Both the position numbers and the translations under genes were made by a program. Source: Candidatus Aminicenantes bacterium (lineage in GTDB: Bacteria; Acidobacteriota; Aminicenantia; Aminicenantales; UBA4085). Taken from it: DNA of 64,000 nucleotides. The DNA is taken from the NCBI GenBank assembly GCA_026393855.1, contig JAPKZJ010000061.1, forward strand, positions 37,306 to 101,305. The letters run 5' to 3'. This document shows, in pieces, positions 46,396 through 56,702 of this stretch; within the stretch, counting starts at the first letter, position 1, and each line of letters begins with the position of its first letter. The notes beneath the pieces are model-generated. The model was not told where the DNA came from. It was given only the letters and a program-made list of their open reading frames with translations, and ran no database searches.

Positions 46396-49044
46396 GAACG
46401 CGTAGCGGCCGGACCCGGCCTTGATCCGGACGAGGTTGTCCTTGTCGACTTCCTCGACCGAGCGGACGCCCGCCGCGGTTCCCGCCGCCTTCTTCCCGGC
46501 CCAGATCACGACCCCGCCCTCCTTGAGCACGACGTCCCGAAGCGTTCCCCGCGGTAGGACGATCTCGGCTTCGCTGCCGCACGGGATCTCGACTTCAATG
46601 GCGATCGATTTGGCCGATTTCGACCAGGACGAGGTCAGGCGTCCGCGGACCGTGCCGATCGAGCCGGAGGCGTGGGTCAGGTCGCGAACCATCTGGGGTG
46701 CAATCAGGATCTTTTCGAAACCCACCGTGTCGGGCGCCCGATTGAGGCCGGTAAGGGTCTTGTACAGCCAGGCGCCGACGCTGCCGAACATCGGATGGTT
46801 GTGGGAGTTCATTGACGGGCCTTCCCGCTTCTGCCAAAGCTCCCAGAGGGTAGTGGCTCCATTCTCGATCATATAGCCCCAGCTCGGATAGCTCGTCTGG
46901 GCGGCGATGTCATAGGCCAGGTCGGCGGCGCCGAACCGGTTCAGCACTTCCATGATGTACTTGGTCCCGATGATCCCTGTCGTCAGATGGCTGTCGTTCT
47001 TGTAAGCGATGTTGTCGAAGAGGTTGCCCCAAACAGCCCCGCGCTCGGCTTCCGGCGCGAGCTCGAGGAAAAGGGCCAGCGCGTTGGCCGTCTGGGTCCC
47101 ATTGGCGTAGTTCTTCGACTTGGGGTCGAAATATTCGGCCTGGAAAGCTTCCTTGATCGAGGCCGCCAGCTCGCCGTAGGAGCGGGCCTCGGCGTCGCGC
47201 TTGAGGGCGGCGGCGATGTCGGCCAGGACGCGAACGTCGTAGTAATAATAGAATGAGGAGACGATCGCCCCCGGAGTCTTGTCCACCGCCACCCAGTCGC
47301 CGTAGTAGCTGTATTTGACGAGGCCGTTCTCGGCCTTACCGCGGAGGAACTCGACATAGGCCTTGAGCCCGTCGTAGTGCTCCTCCAGGATCCGCTTGTC
47401 CCCGTAGTACTGGTACATATACCAGGCGATCAGCGGATAGGCGGTGCCCCAGGCCGGATCGGCCGGCCGGCTGCCCCAGATGTGAGGTACGGTGTCGGTG
47501 ATCCGGCCCTGTTCGTCCTGGACGTCGCGGATATCCCGCAGGAAATTGGTATAGAAGGCGGCCATGTCGAAGTTCATAATCGCCTCTTCGGCCGTCCCTT
47601 GGGCGTCACCCATCCAACCCATCCGTTCGTCCCGCTGGTCGCAGTCCGTGGGCACGCTGTGGAGGTTCGTCTTCTGGCCCCAGGTGATGATCCTCTGGAG
47701 GCTGTTGAGAATCGGCTTGGAACAGGAGAAGGAGCCCGTCTGTCCGACGCCCGAATGGACCACCCGGCCGCGCAAGGTCTCCGCTGTCGGCACGCCGGGG
47801 AAGCCGGTCATCTCCACGTAACGGAAGCCGTGATAGGTGAAACGAGGTTCGTAGGTCTCTTCCCCTTCGCCCTTGAGAGTATAAACGTCCTCGGCCCGGG
47901 CACTGCGCAGGTTCTCCTGGTTGATCAGGCCGTTGCCGTAGGTTAATTCGGCGAAGCGCAGGCGGACGGCCGCGCCGCACGGACCGGAGACCCGCAGCCG
48001 GGCCCAGCCGCTGAAGTTCTGGCCCATATCGAAGACATAGACGCCCGGTTTGGGGTTGGTCATCTTGAACGGGACGATCGTGTCCATGACCCGGATGGCG
48101 GGCATCATCTGGGCGGAGAGAACGCCTTTCGGGCCTTCGATCGCCGCAGCCGCTTTCCAGCCCTTGTCCGAAAAGCCGGGCTCGTCCCAGCCGGGGGTCT
48201 CGAGCCGCGCATCGTACGCCTCGCCGTTGTAGAGGCTGTCGGCCGTGATCGGCCCCGGCGCCGCCTTCCAGCTCGCGTCGCTGACCAGCGAAACGCGGCC
48301 GCCGTCGGCCGTTTCGACATCCAGGCGCAGAAGCAGTCCCCGGTTTTTATACCAGCCCTGCCCCAGCATAACTCCAACCGCGTTAGCGCCGGAGCGAAGC
48401 AGCGAAGTCAAATCGTAGGTGACATAGAGAACGCGCTTGTCATAGGTTGTCCAGCCAGGTTCCAGAACGCCGTCGCCGGCCTTTCGGCCGTTGACCCGGA
48501 GCTCGTGATAGCCAAGCCCTGCGACATAGGCGCGGGCCCGGACTACGGATGCGGCGAGAGTGAGTTCTTTGCGCAATAGCCCGCCGCCGCCGATCCAGGC
48601 GCCTTTCCAATCGGCCTTTTCAAAGAGCCCCGTGTCGAAACGGGCGACCTCGCTCCAGGGCCCGGCGGCCCCGGATGTGTCCCAGGATCGGATTTTCCAA
48701 AAGTAGGAGGTCGCGGACGCCAGAGGTTTCCCGCCATAGACGACGTGGACGAAAGCCGTCGAAGCGATCTTGCCGCTGTCCCAGATATCGCCTTTGGCGC
48801 ACAAGGCATCCCGGCTGACGAGAATCTGGTAGGCGGATTGGCCCTCTCCCCTGACCGCCGGCCGGGGAGTCCAGTAAAATCGCGGCAAGCGCACATCGAC
48901 GCCCAGCGGATCGGTCATGTACTCAAGCCGCAGCCCCGTCGGCGCCTGGGGCGCAGCTTCAGATCCCGCGGCACGGACCGCGGCGAAGGCTAGAAAGATG
49001 AGGCCAGCGATCGCCGCCGCCTTCAAGTGAGCAGGATTCGACAT
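46378..49044 (-). CDS. Alpha-L-rhamnosidase (GH78), secreted
   Basis: Start ATG 49044 with AGGAGGG upstream and a signal peptide ...AGLIFLAFAAVRAAG. The ~888-aa product has the GH78 layout, including ...DCDQRDERMGWMGDAQ... in the catalytic (alpha/alpha)6 region. Confidence 0.85.
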   Translation of the reverse strand: MSNPAHLKAAAIAGLIFLAFAAVRAAGSEAAPQAPTGLRLEYMTDPLGVDVRLPRFYWTPRPAVRGEGQSAYQILVSRDALCAKGDIWDSGKIASTAFVHVVYGGKPLASATSYFWKIRSWDTSGAAGPWSEVARFDTGLFEKADWKGAWIGGGGLLRKELTLAASVVRARAYVAGLGYHELRVNGRKAGDGVLEPGWTTYDKRVLYVTYDLTSLLRSGANAVGVMLGQGWYKNRGLLLRLDVETADGGRVSLVSDASWKAAPGPITADSLYNGEAYDARLETPGWDEPGFSDKGWKAAAAIEGPKGVLSAQMMPAIRVMDTIVPFKMTNPKPGVYVFDMGQNFSGWARLRVSGPCGAAVRLRFAELTYGNGLINQENLRSARAEDVYTLKGEGEETYEPRFTYHGFRYVEMTGFPGVPTAETLRGRVVHSGVGQTGSFSCSKPILNSLQRIITWGQKTNLHSVPTDCDQRDERMGWMGDAQGTAEEAIMNFDMAAFYTNFLRDIRDVQDEQGRITDTVPHIWGSRPADPAWGTAYPLIAWYMYQYYGDKRILEEHYDGLKAYVEFLRGKAENGLVKYSYYGDWVAVDKTPGAIVSSFYYYYDVRVLADIAAALKRDAEARSYGELAASIKEAFQAEYFDPKSKNYANGTQTANALALFLELAPEAERGAVWGNLFDNIAYKNDSHLTTGIIGTKYIMEVLNRFGAADLAYDIAAQTSYPSWGYMIENGATTLWELWQKREGPSMNSHNHPMFGSVGAWLYKTLTGLNRAPDTVGFEKILIAPQMVRDLTHASGSIGTVRGRLTSSWSKSAKSIAIEVEIPCGSEAEIVLPRGTLRDVVLKEGGVVIWAGKKAAGTAAGVRSVEEVDKDNLVRIKAGSGRYAFELNGD

Positions 49045-49210
49045 GGCTCCCTCCTGGACGGGATTGGATGAAAGGAACGGAACGATCCACATGAAGCTGG
49101 CGCCAGCATAACAAATCCCCTCGCGCGCTGACAAGCGGGCTTAGATTGAAAAGATCCTCCGAAAGCGATTGAATGTCGCGGCCCGACCCCCTATACTATG
49201 GAGCGATCCC

Positions 49211-50635
49211 ATGCTATCCCCCGCCTTCGATATCCGCCAACGCTTCGGACTGGACGCCGCCGGGCTGCGCTCCGTGCTGGACGCCGCCCTGGCCAGCGGC
49301 GGGGATTTCGCCGAGATCTTCCTCGAATACCGCGAGTATCGCTCCGCCTTCATGGAAGAGGACATCCTCAAGGACACCTCCGAGAGCTTCAGCCTGGGGC
49401 TCGGACTGCGCGTCTGGGCGGGCGAGACGACGGGCTACGGCTACACCAACGACTTATCCATGGACAAGATTCTGCGGACCGCCCGGGCCGCCTCAGCGGT
49501 GGCCTCATCGGGCCGGACGATCCCGGCGCTCGATCTTCGTCTGCAGGAAGGCGGCGCCGATGTCTACCGGGTCATCCGGCCGCCCGATCAGGCTCCTTTC
49601 GAGACTAAAATCGCCCTGGTCCGGGAGGCCTATGAAGCCTGCCGCGAGTTTTCTCCGCTCATCAAAAAGGTCAAAGCCGCCATCCAGGACCAAGTCCAAT
49701 TCATCGCCGTGGCCAACTCCGAGGGGCTTTTGGCGATCGATCGGCGCCCCCTGGTCAAGCTGACCTGCGTCGGAATCGCCGAGAAGGACGGCAAGCGCGA
49801 ATCCGGGTATTCGGGCGGCGGCGGCCGGGTCGGCTGGGAGCATTTCGCCGGCCCGACCTCGCCGGCGGCCATCGGCCGGGAGGCGGCCCGCGAAGCGGTC
49901 GAGCTTCTGGACGCCCGCGACGCCCCGGCCGGCGAGATGCCGGTCGTCTTGGCTCCCGGGCACGCCGGCGTCCTCATCCACGAGGCCGTCGGGCATCTTC
50001 TGGAGGCCGATTTCGTCCGCAAGAAGACGTCAGTCTTCTGGAACAAATCAGGCCGGAAGGTCGGCTCGCCGGCCGTCACCATCTACGACGATCCCACGAT
50101 CCCCGCCTCCCGCGGCTCCTACGCCATCGACGACGAGGGGACGATTCCGCAGAAGACCCTGCTCATCGAAAAAGGCGTCGTCCGCGGCCTGCTGCAGGAC
50201 AAGCTCTGCGCCAAGCTGATGAACCGTTCGCTGACCGGCCACGGCCGGCGCCAGGATTACACGGACTACCCGATCCCGCGCATGGCCAACACGTACATCG
50301 ATCGCGGCGAAGACGATCCGGCCGACATCATCCGCTCCGTTCGCAAAGGGCTTTACGCGGAGCGGTTCACGGGCGGCCAGGTCGAAGACTCCGGCAAGTT
50401 CACCTTCTCCGTCAGCTCGGGATACTTGATCGAGGAAGGGCGGCTGACCGCCCCGGTCAAGCAGGCCACCCTGATCGGCAGCAACGTGGATATTCTCAAG
50501 AAGATCGAAATGGTCGGTTCGGACCTCGCGTTCGGCCTGCCGACCGGGACTTGCAGCAAGGAAGGGCAGGATGTCCCGGTCAATGACGGCTGCCCGACGT
50601 TGAAGATTTCTCTAATGACGGTCGGAGGGAAATGA
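49211..50635 (+). CDS. tldD: TldD family metalloprotease
   Basis: Start ATG 49211. HEAVGHLLE (HExxxH) motif. Family-typical length, and paired with pmbA. Confidence 0.85.
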   Translation: MLSPAFDIRQRFGLDAAGLRSVLDAALASGGDFAEIFLEYREYRSAFMEEDILKDTSESFSLGLGLRVWAGETTGYGYTNDLSMDKILRTARAASAVASSGRTIPALDLRLQEGGADVYRVIRPPDQAPFETKIALVREAYEACREFSPLIKKVKAAIQDQVQFIAVANSEGLLAIDRRPLVKLTCVGIAEKDGKRESGYSGGGGRVGWEHFAGPTSPAAIGREAAREAVELLDARDAPAGEMPVVLAPGHAGVLIHEAVGHLLEADFVRKKTSVFWNKSGRKVGSPAVTIYDDPTIPASRGSYAIDDEGTIPQKTLLIEKGVVRGLLQDKLCAKLMNRSLTGHGRRQDYTDYPIPRMANTYIDRGEDDPADIIRSVRKGLYAERFTGGQVEDSGKFTFSVSSGYLIEEGRLTAPVKQATLIGSNVDILKKIEMVGSDLAFGLPTGTCSKEGQDVPVNDGCPTLKISLMTVGGK

Positions 50636-51981
50636 GGCCCGATCCCTTTGCTCCCGGCGACGACTTGGCCCTGGCCGAGCGGCTGGTGCGGTTCGGCCGC
50701 TCCTGCGGCGCGGACGAGATTGAGGTCGGCATCGGCGAGGGTGAGGAGTTCAGCGTCGATGTCCGCATGGGCCAGATCGAGAACCTGGTCGAAGCCGGCT
50801 CACGCTACGCCGGCATCCGGGTCATCAAGGACAAGCGCACGGCGTTCGCCTCCTCCTCGGACATGTCGGAAGAGGCTCTCGAGCGGTTGATCCGCAACGC
50901 CGTCAAACGGGCCGGGCTGTCCCAGCCCGACCCCTTCGCCGGTTTGGCCGACCTCTCCCCCATCCGCATCGATCCCGACGCCCTCGACATCTTCGATCCC
51001 GAAGTGATCGAGCTCGAGGCCAAGACGAAGATTCGCCTGGCCCTGGAGACCGAGCGGATCGCCTTGGCCGACAAGCGGATTTCGAACTCCCACGGCGCCG
51101 GGTTCAGCAGCCACGCCGCCCGAACCTACCTGGCGGCCTCCAACGGATTCGCCGGCACCTACGCTAAGACCTTTTGCGGGCTGGGCGTCGGCCTCCAAGC
51201 GGGCGAAACGGACGACCTGGTCGAGGACGACTGGCATTCCAGCCGGATCCATTTCCGGGATCTGGAATCGCCCGAGCAGATCGCGCGAACCGCGGTTGAA
51301 CGGACCGTCCGCCAGCTCAACCCCCGCAAGCTCGGAACCCGGCGCGTCCCGGTTATTTTCGAGCCGCAGATGACCGGCAGCCTGCTGGGTTTCCTGTTCG
51401 GCTGCATCTCCGGGACGGCCGTCTACCAGCGCTCGACCTTTCTGGCCGATCGGCTGGGTCAGAAGATCGGCCGCGATGAGCTGACCGTGATCGACGACGG
51501 ACTGATGCCCCGCCGGGTCGGGACCGGGCCGTTCGATTCCGAAGGCATCCCCGCCCAACGTACCGTGGTCGTGGATCACGGCGTTCTGAAAAGATTCCTC
51601 TGCAATACCTATGCCTCGCGCAAGCTGGGGCTTCCGGTGACCGGAAACGCCGACGGAGGCGGAGTCGGGCCGAACAACTTCTTTTTGGAACCCGGGCCGC
51701 ATGACCCCGCGGCCATCATCCGGAGTTGCGATCGGGCGCTCCTGCTCATCCGGACCCTTGGCCACGGCCTCAACGCGGTCACAGGAGACATCTCCCGCGG
51801 CGCCTTCGGCCTTTGGATCGAAAACGGCGAAATCGTTTACCCCGTCTCGGAGATCACCATCGCCGGGAACCTGGGCGATGTTCTCCAGAGCGTCGAGATG
51901 ATCGGCAGCGACCTGGATTTCCGAAGCTCGATCGCCGGCCCCACGATCAAGGTGGCCGAGATGCTCGTGGCCGGCAGCTGA
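50632..51981 (+). CDS. pmbA: PmbA/TldE family protein
   Basis: 449 aa, overlapping the tldD stop by 4 nt. PmbA-like sequence lacking HExxxH. Confidence 0.8.
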   Translation: MRPDPFAPGDDLALAERLVRFGRSCGADEIEVGIGEGEEFSVDVRMGQIENLVEAGSRYAGIRVIKDKRTAFASSSDMSEEALERLIRNAVKRAGLSQPDPFAGLADLSPIRIDPDALDIFDPEVIELEAKTKIRLALETERIALADKRISNSHGAGFSSHAARTYLAASNGFAGTYAKTFCGLGVGLQAGETDDLVEDDWHSSRIHFRDLESPEQIARTAVERTVRQLNPRKLGTRRVPVIFEPQMTGSLLGFLFGCISGTAVYQRSTFLADRLGQKIGRDELTVIDDGLMPRRVGTGPFDSEGIPAQRTVVVDHGVLKRFLCNTYASRKLGLPVTGNADGGGVGPNNFFLEPGPHDPAAIIRSCDRALLLIRTLGHGLNAVTGDISRGAFGLWIENGEIVYPVSEITIAGNLGDVLQSVEMIGSDLDFRSSIAGPTIKVAEMLVAGS

Positions 51982-51997
51982 CGCCGGCGGCCGGTCT

Positions 51998-52222
51998 TCA
52001 GTCGACCGTGGATTTCCGGTTCAGCCAGACGAACAGCAGGCCGAACGCGGTCATCAATCCCCCCCACCAGACGGCGGCGTGCAGATGGGACAAGACCTTG
52101 TTCGATTCGACATGGCGGACTAGGTCGTAAACGCCAGAGCCCAGGATGACCGCGCCCATGACGAGCAGGATCACCCCGACGAAAAACCAGATCGGCTTCA
52201 TTTTGGGCGTGTGATCGGTCAT
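51998..52222 (-). CDS. Small two-TM membrane protein downstream of the SSS symporter
   Basis: ATG 52222, 14 nt after the symporter stop. The 74-aa product MTDHTPKMKPIWFFVGVILLVMGAVILGSG...AAVWWGGLMTAFGLLFVWL has two hydrophobic helices. Confidence 0.5.
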   Translation of the reverse strand: MTDHTPKMKPIWFFVGVILLVMGAVILGSGVYDLVRHVESNKVLSHLHAAVWWGGLMTAFGLLFVWLNRKSTVD

Positions 52223-52236
52223 GAGGGTGTTCCTTC

Positions 52237-53898
52237 TCACCAAAAGATGACGTTGAGCACGACGAAAACGATTAGGGACAGAACGGCGTAGAAGGCCGGT
52301 CGCTTGAATAAGGGGACCGGCTCCAAGGGGGCTCCCGCCGTCAGGCCTTTGACCAGCCCGACCAGCTCGGCCTCGGGCCGCTTCTTGGTGAACCAGCTGA
52401 CGACGATGGTCACGACGAAGGTGATGAGCCAGGCCCACCAGGCCCGCCAGAAGTTGGCGGCCATGTCGCTGGCCGTTTTGGACATGGTCAGGAAACCGAC
52501 CGAAATCCAGCCGAACTTGACGGCCAGGTACATCGTGAACGACGAGCCCATGCCGGTGATGAGGCCCCAGAAGGCCCCGTTGGGGGTGATCCATTTGACG
52601 AACATCCCTAGGAGCATGGTGGCGAAGAGCGGGGCGTTGACCCAGGAGAAGATGGCCTGCATGTAGTCCATGATCGTGGGCATGCTCTTGGCCCAGTAGG
52701 CGGTGCCGACGCTGACGACGACGGCGAAGATGGTCGCCACCCGGCCCATCCAGAGGAGGTTCTTGGGGGAAGCTTTCTTCCGGATGATCGACTGATAGAT
52801 GTCATAGGTCCAGACGGTGTTGAAGGCGCTGATGTTGCCGGCCTGCCCGGCCATGAACCCGGCCAGGAGGGCGGTGATGCCGAGGCCCACCAGGCCTCGC
52901 GGGAAATAGCGGGCGATGAGCATGGGCAAGGCCGAATCGTAGTTAAGCTTGCCTCCGTCGCTCATCAGCGAGAACCCGCTCTTGGGGTCGTTGGACAGGG
53001 CCAGGGCGGCCAGCCCGGCCACGATGACGATGAACGGCACCGCCATCTTGAAGAACGAGGCGATGATGGGCGTCATCCGGGCCGAGCGCAGGTTCTTGGC
53101 CGAGAAGGCCCGCTGGACGACCAGGAAGTCCGTCGTCCAATAGCCGAAGGAGAGGACGAAGCCAAGCCCCAGGACAATGCCGCCCCACCCCACCAGCATA
53201 CCGTTCGCCGAGGGGTCGCCGGTGTTGCGCCAGAGATGGGAGAAAGCCTCGGGCACCCGCTTCATGATGTCGCCGAAGCTGCCGACCTCAACGATGCCCA
53301 GGATTGAGACCAGGAACAGGCCGAACCAGATCAGGAAGAATTGGATGATCTCGGTGAAGATGGCCGACATGAGCCCGCTCAAGGTGACGTAGCAGGCCAC
53401 GGTGGCCGCCGAGGCCAGCATGCTGACGTCCCAGTTCCAGCCCAGGAACGTGTGCAGGACGAGGGCCATGGCGTAGAGGTTGATGCCGCTGACCAGCAGG
53501 GTCATGATGGCGAAGGAGAAGCCGTTGAGGACGCGGGTCTTCTCGTCGAAGCGCAGCTTGAGATAGCCCGGCACGGATTTGATCCGGGCACTGTAGTAGA
53601 AGGGCATCATGAAGATGCCCAGGAAGAGCATGGCCGGGATGGCCCCGATCCAGTAGAAATGGGCCACCGACATGCCGTACTTGTAGGTGTTGCCGGTCAT
53701 GCCCAGAAGCTCCAGAGCCCCCAGGTTGGCCGAGAGGAAGGCCAGCCCGGCGACCCAGGACGAGTTCCGGCGGCCGGCCAGGAAGAAGTCCTCTTCGCTC
53801 TTGGTGTAGCGCTTGAGATAGAAGCCCAGGCCGATGATGAAGACAAAATAGAACAGGATGATGAACCAGTCGACGAAGTGAAGTCCGATCGCTTGCAT
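52237..53898 (-). CDS. Sodium:solute symporter family transporter (SGLT-like)
   Basis: 553 aa, ~13-14 TM. The N-terminus ...EDFFLAGRRNSSWVAGLAFLSANLGALELLGMTG is typical of the SSS family. Confidence 0.85.
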   Translation of the reverse strand: MQAIGLHFVDWFIILFYFVFIIGLGFYLKRYTKSEEDFFLAGRRNSSWVAGLAFLSANLGALELLGMTGNTYKYGMSVAHFYWIGAIPAMLFLGIFMMPFYYSARIKSVPGYLKLRFDEKTRVLNGFSFAIMTLLVSGINLYAMALVLHTFLGWNWDVSMLASAATVACYVTLSGLMSAIFTEIIQFFLIWFGLFLVSILGIVEVGSFGDIMKRVPEAFSHLWRNTGDPSANGMLVGWGGIVLGLGFVLSFGYWTTDFLVVQRAFSAKNLRSARMTPIIASFFKMAVPFIVIVAGLAALALSNDPKSGFSLMSDGGKLNYDSALPMLIARYFPRGLVGLGITALLAGFMAGQAGNISAFNTVWTYDIYQSIIRKKASPKNLLWMGRVATIFAVVVSVGTAYWAKSMPTIMDYMQAIFSWVNAPLFATMLLGMFVKWITPNGAFWGLITGMGSSFTMYLAVKFGWISVGFLTMSKTASDMAANFWRAWWAWLITFVVTIVVSWFTKKRPEAELVGLVKGLTAGAPLEPVPLFKRPAFYAVLSLIVFVVLNVIFW

Positions 53899-53998
53899 GG
53901 GCCGCTCTCCTTCGGAAATCCGAAGTCAGGACTATCATATCCCCGGCGCCCGAGTCAATTGATCCGGGATCATATAGCCGCGACGGCGCGATCACCGG

Positions 53999-54574
53999 CT
54001 AGAACGCGTTGAAGTGGCAGACGTCCCGGAGCTTGCGCTTGGGGACATGGAACGAGCCGTCGGGATTCTTCCAATAACGCGGCGAGTCCGCATAGTCTTC
54101 CACGGTGGAAGTCTCGGCCGGATACCCCAGGGCCAGAACGGAATCAACCCGATAGGGCTCGGGGATCCCCAGGGTTTCCTGGATCCTGGCCCGGTCGATT
54201 GAGATCAGCCAGCAGCTTCCGATCCCCTCGGACCAAGCCGAGACGGCCATGGCTTCGACGGCCGCGCCGACATCGTATTCGTACATCTTCTCCCGCACCT
54301 TGGTATTGACCAGGACGAAGATGTAAGCCTGCGGCTCCTGCCCCGGCTTGGGGTCGCCGTGGGGATGGATGTAGGCAGCCCACTTGAGGGCCGGAAAGAC
54401 CCGCGCGCAGACCTCGGGTTCGTCGACGACGATGAACTCGAGAGGCTGCAGGTTGGCGGCCGAAGGGGCCAGGCGGCCGGCATCGACCAGTCTCTCCAAC
54501 GCTTCGCGGACGACGGGGCGAGGTTGATACTGACGGATCGTCCGGCGGGTCATGACGGCTTCATGGACGTTCAT
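53999..54574 (-). CDS. Nitroreductase family protein
   Basis: 191 aa. RRTIRQY and ...APSAANLQP... motifs of the FMN nitroreductase fold. Confidence 0.8.
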   Translation of the reverse strand: MNVHEAVMTRRTIRQYQPRPVVREALERLVDAGRLAPSAANLQPLEFIVVDEPEVCARVFPALKWAAYIHPHGDPKPGQEPQAYIFVLVNTKVREKMYEYDVGAAVEAMAVSAWSEGIGSCWLISIDRARIQETLGIPEPYRVDSVLALGYPAETSTVEDYADSPRYWKNPDGSFHVPKRKLRDVCHFNAF

Positions 54575-54643
54575 CGGATTCCTCCCATTCGGAAACGAAA
54601 GACGCTCCGATCATTCTACCATGATCGAGCTTTCCGGAAACCA

Positions 54644-55840
54644 TCATCCGGCCCGGCGGACTTTCGGCGCCTTGAGCCCGAAGACCGCCGTGGAAAGGAG
54701 GAGCAGGATGCCGGCCACGATATACATCCCGCGGTATCCGGCCCGGTCCGAGACCCAGCCGAAGAAAGGCGAGCCCAACCCCATGCCGACATCGAAGAGG
54801 GCCAGGTAAAGACTTAAGCCGAAACCCTTGTGGGCCAGCCCGACGATGTCGATGATGTAGGTGCTGAGCGCGGGGAAGATCAGGCCCTGCCCGAACCCGG
54901 CCAGGAAGGCGTTGACGAGGAACATCGAGCTCGACCGGACCTGGGAGATCCAGAACAGATTGAGGCCGATGATGGCCGCGGCCGGCAGGATGACCGCCTT
55001 GCGACCGTAGCGGTCGGAAACGTCCCCGGCCACTATCCGGGTCAGGATGGCTGACGCCGAGAAAACGGCGAAGAAGGGGCCGACCCGGCCGAGCCCGGCG
55101 GAGCGTGCGAATAGGGCGGCGAAATTGACGATCGAGCCGCGGATGGCGCCGTGGAAAACGGGCATGGCCGCGGCCACCGCAAGGGTGGCCAGGGCGTAGC
55201 CGCGCAGCGGCGCCGCGGTCATCTTCTCCGGATCGCGAAGCGCCGGCTCGATAGTCCGGGTCAGAAGGAGGCAGGCCAGCGCGGCGGCCAGGAAGGCCAG
55301 GCTGGCGTTGTAGAGGCCCCCGTACCCGAATCGGCGGACGATCTCCTCCGCCAAGGCCGGCCCGGCCGCACTGGCCACGATGCCGGCGACGCCGATGACG
55401 CCGATCGAACGGGCCAGCCGCTCGACCGGGGCGAGGTCGGAGCAGACCGCCATGCTGGCGGTCATCGAGACCCCCCAAGCGATCCCGCTCAAAGCCCGCA
55501 ATAGGAGCGGCAGCCAACCGGCGTCATGCACAAGATGGAAGAACGGGATCACGGCCATGAAGAAAAGGAGCCCATAAATCGAGATGGCCCGGCCGCCCTT
55601 GCGGTCGATCAACCGGCCGAAGAACGGACGCACCCCGATGGCCAGGATGCTGTGGATGCCCATGATCAGGCCGACTTTGGCTTTGGCCGCGCCGAATGAT
55701 TCGAGCCGGAGGGGAAAGATATAGAACAGGGCGACGCTCAAGAAAAGAAAGAAATATCCGACTAGAGCCAGCAGGAAATCGCGCCTCCAGAATCCTCCCG
55801 GCGGCGGCAGCGGGCACGAGTCTTTCGTCGGCGTCGTCAT
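54644..55840 (-). CDS. MFS transporter
   Basis: Start tentatively ATG 55840 (GAGGA upstream); ATG 55927 is the alternative. 12 TM with the MFS loop motif GRLIDRKGGR. Confidence 0.75.
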   Translation of the reverse strand: MTTPTKDSCPLPPPGGFWRRDFLLALVGYFFLFLSVALFYIFPLRLESFGAAKAKVGLIMGIHSILAIGVRPFFGRLIDRKGGRAISIYGLLFFMAVIPFFHLVHDAGWLPLLLRALSGIAWGVSMTASMAVCSDLAPVERLARSIGVIGVAGIVASAAGPALAEEIVRRFGYGGLYNASLAFLAAALACLLLTRTIEPALRDPEKMTAAPLRGYALATLAVAAAMPVFHGAIRGSIVNFAALFARSAGLGRVGPFFAVFSASAILTRIVAGDVSDRYGRKAVILPAAAIIGLNLFWISQVRSSSMFLVNAFLAGFGQGLIFPALSTYIIDIVGLAHKGFGLSLYLALFDVGMGLGSPFFGWVSDRAGYRGMYIVAGILLLLSTAVFGLKAPKVRRAG

Positions 55841-56054
55841 CCTGTCCTCGGGGCCGGAGATCGTCGGCCGCCTCCCCCGCCCCTGGGGGAGGAAGGGCTG
55901 GCTGTTTTCGGGGTTTGGGGAAATCAAGCCGAAGGGGGATTATGAAAAAGGTCGCAGCTTCACACAGCCAGCGAAGCAAAGCTAATTGGGCGCTATTCTA
56001 ACCGAATCCGGTTCCGGAAGCAACGCCCCAACCGATCTTCCCGTTGTGCCGAAA

Positions 56055-56702
56055 TCAGCGGAGCGAAGCGACGAGCGCAGCCGCCCGGGCCGTCAGATCG
56101 TCCCAGCGCCCCTCGGCGATCAGGGCCTTGTCCAGGAGCGCCGTACCGAGCCCGACGCAGCAGGCGCCGGCGTCGATAAAGGCCCGGGCGTTGCCCGGCG
56201 TCACCCCGCCCGTCGGCATCAGGCGGATGCCCGGGAACGGCCCTTTGAGGTCCTTGAAATACGCCGGCCCGAGCGAGGTGGCCGGGAAAACCTTGACGAT
56301 GTCGGCGCCCTCGCTCCAGGCCCGCCAGATCTCAGCCGGCGTGAAAGCCCCCGGCGCGACCAAAACGCCGCAGCGGCGGCACTCCCGGATCATCCCGGCG
56401 TCCGCGACCGGAGAGACGACGAAATCGGCTCCGGCCTCGATCACGGCGACCGCCGTCTCGGCGTCCATGACCGTTCCCGCGCCCAGCCGGATGCCGGGCA
56501 GCCCACGGTCGGCCAGGCCGCGGATGATGTCCACGGCCCCGGGCACGGTCATGGTGATCTCGACGGCCCGCACGCCGCCCCTTTCAATGGCTTCGACAAC
56601 CCGCAAGAGCTTTTCGGGATCGGTCATCCGGACGACCGCCACCACTTTGTGCTCGAGCAGGAAGGCCAGGGTTTCATCGCGGTGCATGGTGCCCTCCCTC
56701 AT
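56055..56702 (-). CDS. eda: 2-dehydro-3-deoxyphosphogluconate (KDPG) / 4-hydroxy-2-oxoglutarate aldolase
   Basis: 215 aa. ...VVAVVRM..., VEITMTVPGA, GAGTV and VKVFPA (Schiff-base Lys region), typical of Eda. Confidence 0.85.
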   Translation of the reverse strand: MREGTMHRDETLAFLLEHKVVAVVRMTDPEKLLRVVEAIERGGVRAVEITMTVPGAVDIIRGLADRGLPGIRLGAGTVMDAETAVAVIEAGADFVVSPVADAGMIRECRRCGVLVAPGAFTPAEIWRAWSEGADIVKVFPATSLGPAYFKDLKGPFPGIRLMPTGGVTPGNARAFIDAGACCVGLGTALLDKALIAEGRWDDLTARAAALVASLR

